From a virus, in the IMG/VR virus record IMGVR_UViG_3300037993_001242, positions 64,001-128,000 of that record: a stretch of 64,000 nucleotides of DNA; one strand, 5' to 3'. Both the position numbers and the translations under genes were made by a program. The first letter of the stretch is position 1, and each line of letters opens with the position of its first letter. Of the stretch, positions 6,334 to 15,924 are shown in pieces. The notes beneath the pieces are model-generated. The model did no database searches. It had not been told where the DNA came from and saw only the letters and a list, made by a program, of their open reading frames with translations.

Positions 6334-6846
6334 ATGAAAATCATTTACGCTATGGTTGTGGCTCTTGTCCTGACTGGCTGTGCAACTCAGCGGGGATTCC
6401 CGCCGAATAACGGCATCGGCAACTTTGACCGCTTGGACGACAAAGTCTATCGCGGCGCACAACCCTCGCACGAAGCCATTGCCAAACTGGCAAAAGCTGG
6501 CGTGACCAGAGTAATCAATCTCCGCCTGCCCGGCGATACGGCACCGTACGAAAAATCGGCGTGTCGGGCCGAAGGCATCGAATACTTCAACGTACCCATT
6601 GGTGGTTTTTCCGCTCCCACTGATGCCCAAGTACACCGGGTATTTTCTTTGATTGAGACCGCCCATGGGCCGGTCTACATCCATTGCCAGTGGGGCTGTG
6701 ACCGCACCGGAACCATGTGCGCCTGCTGGCGAATCCATCACGATGGCTGGAGCAATGCACAGGCACTACAGGAAGCCGTCATTTACGGCCTGTCACCTTG
6801 GGAACAGAGCATGAGGTACTACATCCTGCATTACCACGAAAAATAA
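6334..6846 (+). CDS. Lipoprotein Cys-based (dual-specificity/tyrosine) phosphatase
   Basis: Lipobox LVLTGC; CX5R loop HCQWGCDRTG. Confidence 0.85.
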   Translation: MKIIYAMVVALVLTGCATQRGFPPNNGIGNFDRLDDKVYRGAQPSHEAIAKLAKAGVTRVINLRLPGDTAPYEKSACRAEGIEYFNVPIGGFSAPTDAQVHRVFSLIETAHGPVYIHCQWGCDRTGTMCACWRIHHDGWSNAQALQEAVIYGLSPWEQSMRYYILHYHEK

Positions 6847-6932
6847 CGGGCAAGGTTTTGGCATCGGGTATGCTGGGTTTCCCCGGCGGTTTGTATCAAT
6901 AACAAGATAACCGACAGTCCATTCGGCCCGTA
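6843..6932 (-). ncRNA. Y RNA (short form, no tRNA module)
   Basis: Same terminal stem as 387-520 (ACGGGC(C)GAA...GGTTATCT...CCTTGCCCGT). Confidence 0.8.
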
Positions 6933-6935
6933 AAA

Positions 6936-7011
<76 letters not shown>

Positions 7012-7016
7012 AAAAG

Positions 7017-7457
7017 TTATTCTTCATCTGCTGATTCCCAGTTGTTGCAGCAACCGCCCCAAAAAATCGGGCCGGTTACTTCTTTGCAGGAGCCTTCGTC
7101 CTTGCCGCCGGAATAATACTCGCAGTTGCCACAATGTGTCGGCCCATCCTCGATGTATCCGACGGCTTCTTTGGGCAGCAACTCCAGTGGCGTCGCACCT
7201 TCTTTCAGGAAAGTTTTGCCCCCGATGAAGGCTGCGCACACGCCATGTTCACCATCACAAGCTGGCGGCGTTGTGACGAAGCACTCACTCTTGGGCGTGT
7301 TAAAGAATATGCACTTGCCACAACGCGCACCGGGATCGGTTTGACCGGATTTGTTGAGCATGTCCGGGGTCATGTATACAACCTGTGCTTGGAGCATTTT
7401 GCCATCTTCGGCTTCATGCTCTTGCAGTCCCATCACCCGGCGCAAAATCGGATTCAT
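7017..7457 (-). CDS. Tandem HiPIP-like (4-Cys) protein
   Basis: Two CxxC...C...C units; second is CGNCEYY...C...GGCCNNW; GTATTTA-N4-ATG. Confidence 0.6.
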   Translation of the reverse strand: MNPILRRVMGLQEHEAEDGKMLQAQVVYMTPDMLNKSGQTDPGARCGKCIFFNTPKSECFVTTPPACDGEHGVCAAFIGGKTFLKEGATPLELLPKEAVGYIEDGPTHCGNCEYYSGGKDEGSCKEVTGPIFWGGCCNNWESADEE

Positions 7458-7474
7458 GCCCTAAATACCGGTCT

Positions 7475-7514
7475 GAAAATAGAAGGCCGGGGGGCTTCCA
7501 CGCTCCCCGGCCTA
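7475..7514 (-). terminator. Intrinsic terminator
   Basis: AGGCCGGGG/CCCCGGCCT stem followed by TCTATTTT. Confidence 0.65.
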
Positions 7515-7520
7515 AGTTTT

Positions 7521-7730
7521 ATACCAAGGCGTTTTTGAACTTTGATCGCCAACAGCCTGCTGTCCTTAGCTTAATCCCGGCGCTTTACCGCTGAGCTACA
7601 CCGCCATAGTTTTATGGGGGCGGTGACTGGATTTGAACCAGCGACTCCGGTTTGTTAGACAACACCTGTCAGGTCACGTCTTGCTATTGTGTAACGCACT
7701 AGGTGCGCTACGGTTGAGCCTTCGGGTGAT
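7521..7730 (-). ncRNA. Long Y RNA (YrlA-like) with permuted tRNA module
   Basis: ACC(C)GA/TTGGT bulged helix; T arm-CACCGCC-C-CCA, 9-nt linker, GGCGGTG, D arm; long extended stem. Confidence 0.72.
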
Positions 7731-7818
7731 AGCCTGACATTGAACTTTAATTTTAACCATCACCTTGAGCTTGGGCGAGCGGCCCGTAAAATCAATTTAC
7801 AGGCCGCCGCACCCGAAA

Positions 7819-8031
7819 TTATGGTTTGCCCTCCAGTTGTTTCAGCCGTTCTTTATAGATTTTTTCAATCTCGCTTTCCCTTATACCCCGAAGATTGCGG
7901 CCACCGGCATTCATACACGTCGCGTGCTCTTGCGTATTCGTGGTCAGCCTCTGCGCTTTTTCCATTTCAGCACGCCGCCACACGTCCAGTCTGCGTTTTG
8001 CGCTTTCGTCCATAAGACTATTTGTTGCCAC
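7819..8031 (-). CDS. Small charged hypothetical protein
   Basis: Overlaps the stop region of the upstream gene. Confidence 0.45.
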   Translation of the reverse strand: MATNSLMDESAKRRLDVWRRAEMEKAQRLTTNTQEHATCMNAGGRNLRGIRESEIEKIYKERLKQLEGKP

Positions 8032-8782
8032 TGAACACGAAGCTCAGCAACTGCTTGCCGATCTTCTTGGTCAGGTCGACTTCTTCGTCGTTGGCCCGTG
8101 AGCGCGCCCGGCGGACGGCTCGCGTCAGGATTTCGATCCGGTCGAGCAGTTCGGCTTTTTCCGCCGGGGTGATCAACGAAGACCACTCCTTTTCCTCAAC
8201 CTTGCCTACCGGCACATCGATGGCCAGCAACTGAGTCTGAGCCGGATGTTCCTTGGTGGCGTCGTACAGCACAATCGGCTTGGACTGTTTCTGCGTGCGA
8301 ATCTTGATCACTTCGCGTGCTTTGTAAACACCAGCGCCGCGCTGCGCATCCGCCACGAAACCCTTGGCCGGATCGAGCGTCGGGATGACCGCGATCAACT
8401 GCTGGATTTCCGTGCAGCGCTTTTCAAGCTCCAGCAGCGCCGTCGCCGGGACATCCTTAATTAGCACGGTACCCGCGTCGTCATCAAGCACGATGTCGGC
8501 CTTCGCCCGTGTATTGGCGTCAGCCACCTGATACGAGGCGTCGAGTGCCTTGGTCAGATGACCCTGAATCCATGTCAGTTCCTTGCCGACCGAGGTCTGC
8601 AAGAAGGACTGGGCTTCGGTCTGCGGCTCGGCTTTTTCCGCGTCGGGTTTGAAGACGACGTGCTTTTCCTCGAAAAGATGCCGCTTCTTTTCAAAGGTGT
8701 TGGCCTGATCGGTGCGGCACTTTTCGGCCTGCTGTTTCAGGCTGGTTTCAACTGCCAAAAGTTCATGTAGTTTGGTTGACAT
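8018..8782 (-). CDS. Conserved-looking large-phage hypothetical protein
   Basis: 254-aa helical ORF behind a sigma70 promoter. Confidence 0.8.
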   Translation of the reverse strand: MSTKLHELLAVETSLKQQAEKCRTDQANTFEKKRHLFEEKHVVFKPDAEKAEPQTEAQSFLQTSVGKELTWIQGHLTKALDASYQVADANTRAKADIVLDDDAGTVLIKDVPATALLELEKRCTEIQQLIAVIPTLDPAKGFVADAQRGAGVYKAREVIKIRTQKQSKPIVLYDATKEHPAQTQLLAIDVPVGKVEEKEWSSLITPAEKAELLDRIEILTRAVRRARSRANDEEVDLTKKIGKQLLSFVFSGNK

Positions 8783-8791
8783 AGTGGTTGG

Positions 8792-8819
8792 AGTGTATAC
8801 GCGTTAGATTTCTTGTCAA
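8792..8819 (-). promoter_or_regulatory. Sigma70-type promoter
   Basis: TTGACA-N16-TACACT. Confidence 0.7.
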
Positions 8820-8829
8820 CTTAAAATTT

Positions 8830-8905
8830 TGGTGGAGCCGAGGGGGTACGATCCCCTGACCTCCTGAATGCCATTCAGGCGCTCTGCCAACTGAGCTACG
8901 ACCCC
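8830..8905 (-). tRNA. tRNA-Ala(GGC)
   Basis: G3-U70, loop AT-GGC-AT, CCA; T-loop ATCGTAC. Confidence 0.95.
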
Positions 8906-8909
8906 AAAA

Positions 8910-9180
8910 GGGTGCTGCTGCCCGTTTTTCGCAGGCGTCGCCTTCCCGTTCACGGCTGGTTAGGTCTCAATTCTCCAGACGCTTATGGACTTGGCGCAAT
9001 AGTTGGCATCACGCACACGCCGCCCAAGACCGGGGCGTGCTCCGCGCTTAGTACACCAACCCGCAGCATAAATTAAAGAGCCGGGCCGAGTTTGCGACAG
9101 CGATTGCAACCGCCGCGCCTGATCGTGTGGCCTCTGCGTCCACCTTCCGGTGCGCAACCGGAATACTCCCCGGATACCGT
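8910..9180 (-). ncRNA. Unassigned structured RNA region (probably two units)
   Basis: Nested helices, e.g. TTCCGGT/ACCGGAA, GTTGGTGT/ATGCCAAC, GCACGCC/GGCGTGT; no credible ORF. Confidence 0.4.
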
Positions 9181-9184
9181 CGTC

Positions 9185-9259
9185 TGGTGGAGCCGATGGG
9201 GATTCAACCCACGACCTCCCGCGTGCGAGGCGGGCGCTCTGGCGCTGAGCTACGACCCC
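9185..9259 (-). tRNA. tRNA-Ala(CGC)
   Basis: G3-U70, CCCGC-CT-CGC-AC-GCGGG; C19/G56. Confidence 0.93.
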
Positions 9260-9266
9260 AAATGAA

Positions 9267-9553
9267 TTCCCCAGATGTCAGGAATCACCCAACATAGTCG
9301 CAAACGTGAGTCTTTATGAGTATTCGGCCATTTGGCTCCATCGGTAGCACTCCGACTTCGATACCAAAGCAGGGCTTTACCTGCAATACGGGTTGGTTTG
9401 ATTGGCACTTCCCGTAAACGACGTTAGCTGACCGAGCTACCTAATCAGCCTTAGCCACATTACGTTTGCCATGCTCTTCCCACGCTACGAGACGATTCCA
9501 AGCTTACGGAACCTGCCTTTGCCCCCACCAAAGAGGCTTCAGCCACTGGAGAA
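9267..9553 (-). ncRNA. Unassigned ~290-nt multi-helix RNA
   Basis: Terminal helix TTCTCCAG/CTGGGGAA, long-range GCAAACGT/ACGTTTGC, at least 5 local hairpins. Confidence 0.55.
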
Positions 9554-9555
9554 AT

Positions 9556-9631
9556 TGGTGGAATCGACCGGGAACGATCCGGCAACTTTCGGCTTGCAAA
9601 ACCGACGCTCTACCGATTGAGCTACGACCCC
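9556..9631 (-). tRNA. tRNA-Ala(UGC)
   Basis: G3-U70, loop TT-TGC-AA, CCA; T-loop ATCGTTC. Confidence 0.95.
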
Positions 9632-10071
9632 TTTGAAATTGATGCGCGATACGCTTTGAGTTTGACCCGCCGGTCATCGTCAAACGGAATTTCACCGCCC
9701 AAATGGACGCCTTCGTAAATGGCCTCCCGGAGCAGCAGTTCAACGTTCAGCGATTCCATGGCTTCGAGCAGCAGGTTGTCGCTTTGGTCTCTGGTCAACG
9801 TCGCCAACGTCCACGTACCGTCGCTGTTCAAAACTTGCAGGACGTTGCGGTAAGCGCCGTCGTGCAGGACGGTTCCCATCCAATAGGTGCCGAAAGGCGG
9901 AATGAGATTCCAGATCGCTTTGGGCGTGCTGGCCCCATCCGACGGGGAACCGGTCGGCATCATGTATTGGACGCCGTTTTTGGCCACGTACACGAGGTCT
10001 TCCAGCAGAACGATATGCCTGCCGTCACTGGTTTCGTTGGCAATCGTCGGCTTTTTGAATCCATATTCCAT
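9622..10071 (-). CDS. DUF1353-family protein
   Basis: SDGASTPKAIW...TVLHDGAY motif; GTAGTTA-N4-ATG. Confidence 0.85.
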   Translation of the reverse strand: MEYGFKKPTIANETSDGRHIVLLEDLVYVAKNGVQYMMPTGSPSDGASTPKAIWNLIPPFGTYWMGTVLHDGAYRNVLQVLNSDGTWTLATLTRDQSDNLLLEAMESLNVELLLREAIYEGVHLGGEIPFDDDRRVKLKAYRASISKGS

Positions 10072-10091
10072 GCCCTAACTACGCAACAAAA

Positions 10092-10165
10092 TGGAGCGAG
10101 TGAACGGTGTCGATCCGTCGTATCAGCCTTGGCAAGGCCGCGCTCTACCGTTGAGCTACACCCGC
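10092..10165 (-). tRNA. tRNA-Gly(GCC)
   Basis: CGGCC-TT-GCC-AA-GGCTG, U73-CCA; T-loop ATCGACA. Confidence 0.95.
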
Positions 10166-10231
10166 GTCACGCCGCGACATAACCGCGCTAAATCACGTTT
10201 CTAACACGTGCCAATCATGCAGCGGCAAAAA

Positions 10232-10307
10232 TGGCTGCCCGAAGTGGGGACGATCCACTACTCTTCTGATCCAGAGTCAGACGTGTTACCAGTTACACCA
10301 TCGGGCA
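10232..10307 (-). tRNA. tRNA-Gln(CUG)
   Basis: U1-A72, TCTGA-CT-CTG-GA-TCAGA, G73; T-loop ATCGTCC. Confidence 0.95.
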
Positions 10308-10308
10308 T

Positions 10309-10623
10309 TTAAACAAAATCGTTTTCGGTACGAAAGACTGCGTAATTCTCGATGACGCTGGATTCGAGTTTGGGCTGGTTCGTACCGTAAAAAGCCATGT
10401 TGCGTTTGGGATCGGCGAATTCGTCGTAAACTTGTCGATTGGCAACGGCAATCTTAAAAGCTTCCTCGCGGTCGACAAATCGGCCCGTGTCCGTCACGTA
10501 ACCGTCCTCGGTTTTGGCTTCCGCCATACCGGGTAAATCAATGAATTTCCTCGACGCTTCAAAATGGGTTGATCCGATGTAAATGGTGCGCCCTATGCGC
10601 ACCGCCGCTGCCGCGATCTTCAT
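10309..10623 (-). CDS. Hypothetical phage protein (DGYVTDTGRFVDREEA)
   Basis: 104-aa ORF with a motif recurrent in large phages. Confidence 0.75.
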   Translation of the reverse strand: MKIAAAAVRIGRTIYIGSTHFEASRKFIDLPGMAEAKTEDGYVTDTGRFVDREEAFKIAVANRQVYDEFADPKRNMAFYGTNQPKLESSVIENYAVFRTENDFV

Positions 10624-10830
10624 ATAGCACTAAGTACCCTGACCCCCCAGCCAAAGATCGCCGGACGGGGTCAGGGTCTTTTAGTGAATAAACACCCTAT
10701 CGCATCTTTCGATGCACCCACAGGTTTTCCGCCGGAATGAGCTTCCCTCGCTCGTCCCGACCTTCACGGTGGTCTTTACCGGATTATCGGCCCGGCTCTC
10801 GGCTCCTCGCGGAGCATAAACTGTAAAATG

Positions 10831-10868
10831 AAAAACCCCTGCTTACTTTTTGGTAAGCAGGGGTTTTT
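10831..10868 (-). terminator. Intrinsic terminator with upstream antiterminator
   Basis: CCCCTGCTTAC/GTAAGCAGGGG stem plus T5; 10889-10898 is complementary to the 5' arm. Confidence 0.75.
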
Positions 10869-11154
10869 CACCAAGTATACGTCCGTTACCTGCTTACCTC
10901 CAGACCGGGTTCCTGTGTACGGACGGACAACGATATGACACAGGCTTTCGCCCAATCATGGTTGAGGGCAAAATTATACCCTCTACCCGTAATTGGGGTT
11001 TGCACTGACGGCATGTTTGCTAACCTGTTCAAAATGTTTATTCGTTGCCTCCGACGCACCATGCGCCGAAGTGTGATTAGAGATAGCACACCCTGCGGCA
11101 TGTATGCAAGAACTTTCTTAAAAAATCTTTTGGCGGCTGAAACGCCCGCCGCCA

Positions 11155-11490
11155 TTACTGATTCAAGCGGGCCGACGCAAACGGCGCAAATTTCGGCGCG
11201 ATATTTTCCCTCACCACCACCGCCGCCATCCTTGTGATGACCGGCAATGCGCGCTGGGCAAAATCGCTGGTGCCATTCCGAAACTCCGCCCGTTTCACGC
11301 GGGCTTTGTGCAGCCGGTAAATGACCTGACTCTCCGTCAGTCCGGTCTGCTCCATGATGGCTCGCGTGCTTTGCCCGCACAGGGCAAGCCGGGCGGCAAT
11401 ATCCTCGTCGCTCCCGTTTTTGAAAACCACGATGTGGGTGTGCAGCTTACCGGCAGCCTGTTTAAACCTGCTGAGCTTGGTTGCTTTCAT
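11155..11490 (-). CDS. Putative HTH DNA-binding protein
   Basis: GQSTRAIMEQTGLTESQVIYRL. Confidence 0.6.
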   Translation of the reverse strand: MKATKLSRFKQAAGKLHTHIVVFKNGSDEDIAARLALCGQSTRAIMEQTGLTESQVIYRLHKARVKRAEFRNGTSDFAQRALPVITRMAAVVVRENIAPKFAPFASARLNQ

Positions 11491-11522
11491 AGTGTTTTAG
11501 AGTGGACTTTTGAACCGATGGA

Positions 11523-11921
11523 TTAAACGTACTTGGTCAAAAGCTTTTCAACCTTGGCGCGCAGTTTGGGATTGCTGCGCATCAATCCGGCGAGCACATG
11601 ACCTTCAGCCTGTGCTTCAATCGAAGCACCGCATTTGTTACAGAAGTTAATTCTTACTTCCACACCGTTGGTCGCAGCCACCGCCGCCGGTGTAGCCGTT
11701 GGATGCTGACGGCGCGTATACGGGCGTCTGGCCGACTTGACGGGCGCGGGAACCGGCGATTCAGCGACGGCAGGAACTGTGTGCCGGTGCTTGGGCGTGC
11801 GGATGGTGTGGCTGTGTACGCGCCCGGTGTGCATACGTACGGCTTGTTCGGCCAGTACTTTGGTTTGTTTGGGTGTGCCTATCCAATTACAGCCTGCGTG
11901 ATTACATCTTGGTGTGAACAT
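11523..11921 (-). CDS. Zn-finger protein (C2H2-like plus CxxC)
   Basis: CNHAGC...HTGRVH; FCNKCG. Confidence 0.6.
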   Translation of the reverse strand: MFTPRCNHAGCNWIGTPKQTKVLAEQAVRMHTGRVHSHTIRTPKHRHTVPAVAESPVPAPVKSARRPYTRRQHPTATPAAVAATNGVEVRINFCNKCGASIEAQAEGHVLAGLMRSNPKLRAKVEKLLTKYV

Positions 11922-11939
11922 ATAGTTGATTTTTGATGG

Positions 11940-14102
<2,163 letters not shown>

Positions 14103-14173
14103 TCATAAAGCCGTTCTTTTACTATGTCGGTCTAATTGTATGCAATCACTTTGAAATGTAAACAACAAAATTT

Positions 14174-14548
14174 ATGCAATACATTGAACCCATTTTGGCT
14201 GTTTTGGCGGCTTTGGCTCTCGTAGAACTAATCGCCTTTGTTGGCCTGCTGATTATTGTCATTGTCCTCTTCATAAAGCGGTACCTGCCGCCCGACGCGC
14301 CCATGGTTTACTGCACGCCCACCGTCACCACCGGAACAACTCCAGTCGAGTTCAAGATGACTCCTTTGCCGGACATCAAAGCGGCAGTCGCCGCCCGGAA
14401 AGAACCGCTGGGACGAAGCTGCGGCCACTGCGGTACGCGCATCAAAACCGATCCCGTAAGAGGCGTCGTGGTGGGAGAAAACTCTTACCATGTATACGCC
14501 TGTCCGGCCTGCAAGCGAGAGACGTTGCTGCCTGCCAAACTTGTTTAG
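14174..14548 (+). CDS. Membrane-anchored Zn-ribbon protein
   Basis: N-terminal TM helix; CGHC and CPAC. Confidence 0.65.
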   Translation: MQYIEPILAVLAALALVELIAFVGLLIIVIVLFIKRYLPPDAPMVYCTPTVTTGTTPVEFKMTPLPDIKAAVAARKEPLGRSCGHCGTRIKTDPVRGVVVGENSYHVYACPACKRETLLPAKLV

Positions 14549-15654
14549 CCCTGTTTGGAACGCAGCTTTTGAACAAGATCGCGGATGTAGCGTTGGCCTT
14601 CCGGGTCGCCGCGTATAACTTGGGTGACGATGCGCTTGAATTCCCGTGGGGGCTGATGGATTAAATAGTCGTAAACGTGGGGCAACATGGCCTGATCTTC
14701 CTCCGTGTCGCCGAAAGCGCGCATGAAGCGCCGCCAAGCGCCGGGGCCGAGCATCACATCCCATTGTTCGTCGGTCAGCGTGTCAGCCTTGCCCCGGACA
14801 TACTTTCGTGTTTCCGGGTCGGCATCGTCTTCGTAGGACAGGTACTCCATCAGACCTTTCACGATTTCCTGCACCAAGACCGGAAAGACCACCGCTTGCG
14901 CCCGGATCAAAGGCACGCCATCGTGGTCTTTGGTCAAGCTCACGCTGCCGCCCGCCGGAGCTTCGCTCATAAACGCTTTCCAGTGTTCTTCGGGAATGGC
15001 CCAATAGGCGAACTCGCCGACGGAAACCATCGTGCCGTACATGTTAAGTAAACGCGGATCAATCTGATTAAGCCGGTCGGCGGCGAGATGGAATGCGTAA
15101 TTTTTGTTTATCGCGTTGCCCTGAATCATCATGTTAACAAACCGCCGCTTGGCAACTTCGTCACCCAACTGCTGCGCGATTTCAGGTATCTGAAGATCGG
15201 TGCGTTCCGGGTCGTCCGGCTCCGGCTCCAGATGCTTGCGGCTCAAGGTGACGTTCTCCGTCAGTTCGGCTTGAATCTTCAAATCGCCGCTTTCAATGGC
15301 CTTTCTGGCTCCCCGGAATTCCGGCAGGTCGAGCACTAAATTGACGGCAAGCTGTTGCAGTTCATCCCGGTGTTCCTCTTCGATGCGCATGGCCGTCATC
15401 ACCGACTGCATCATCTGGCCCATCACCTGCTGAACATCAGCCCGGCTGCGGGGATGCACGCCGGTATAATGCTCGATCTTGCGGATCAGGGCCGGATAAG
15501 ACTCCGAAGCCGCCACGTCGCCGGGGAAGTCCGGGCCGTAAGGGTGCTCCCCGTGCTCGATCCGGCGCTTTTTCTCCGGGTCGATGTAATCGGGTTGGCC
15601 ACCAAAGTCAATGGGAGCCTCGGTGAGAATCCGTCTGGCCAGTGGCTTGGGCAT
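14545..15654 (-). CDS. Hypothetical, probable virion protein
   Basis: 369 aa from MPKPLARRILTE; coupled to upstream gene by TAA/ATG overlap. Confidence 0.75.
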   Translation of the reverse strand: MPKPLARRILTEAPIDFGGQPDYIDPEKKRRIEHGEHPYGPDFPGDVAASESYPALIRKIEHYTGVHPRSRADVQQVMGQMMQSVMTAMRIEEEHRDELQQLAVNLVLDLPEFRGARKAIESGDLKIQAELTENVTLSRKHLEPEPDDPERTDLQIPEIAQQLGDEVAKRRFVNMMIQGNAINKNYAFHLAADRLNQIDPRLLNMYGTMVSVGEFAYWAIPEEHWKAFMSEAPAGGSVSLTKDHDGVPLIRAQAVVFPVLVQEIVKGLMEYLSYEDDADPETRKYVRGKADTLTDEQWDVMLGPGAWRRFMRAFGDTEEDQAMLPHVYDYLIHQPPREFKRIVTQVIRGDPEGQRYIRDLVQKLRSKQG

Positions 15655-15920
15655 TAACAGCCTTTGTCGTCTTCCAACAGGTTGGCGATTACCTGCCGGG
15701 CATTGGAATCCGTGTAGGTTTGATCCATGCCGTAGGCCGCCTTGGGGGCTGGTTCTTGGCCCGGCTCCACGTCGCGCCGCCGCCATGGGGTTTCCGGCTC
15801 GTCAGGGCTTTTATCCGGTCGGGCTGGCTCAACACCGGGTTTAGTTGTGGGCGGAGCTTCCGTTGGAGCTTCAGTCCCACCAGCGGTCAACGGGCGTTTA
15901 AAAAATTGTCGTGCATTCAT
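15654..15920 (-). CDS. Small Pro/Glu-rich protein with C-terminal ARQVIANLLE
   Basis: GTAGTTA-N5-ATG. Confidence 0.65.
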   Translation of the reverse strand: MNARQFFKRPLTAGGTEAPTEAPPTTKPGVEPARPDKSPDEPETPWRRRDVEPGQEPAPKAAYGMDQTYTDSNARQVIANLLEDDKGC

Positions 15921-15924
15921 TGAC

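Noticed and set aside
5845-6741. 298-aa ORF-track call
   Set aside because: The N-terminal two-thirds is antisense to the phosphatase and runs through tRNA-Tyr; only 5845-6150 has a promoter motif and protein-like sequence
9290-9360. Plus-strand ATAGTCGCAAACG resembling the E. coli tmRNA resume site
   Set aside because: Opposite strand to the array, no tmRNA tRNA-like ends, and the tag would not end in an ALAA-like sequence
10166-10228. Possible degenerate tRNA between Gly and Gln tRNAs
   Set aside because: Only one convincing 5-bp hairpin; no CCA or D/T consensus
10895-11010. Fragments resembling RNase P (CAGTGCAA, ACAGGAACCCGG) or c-di-GMP-I (GCAAACC, GGGCGAAAGCC)
   Set aside because: No CR-I GAGGAAAGUCC or P4 partner, and spacing does not fit c-di-GMP-I; kept only as an unassigned leader
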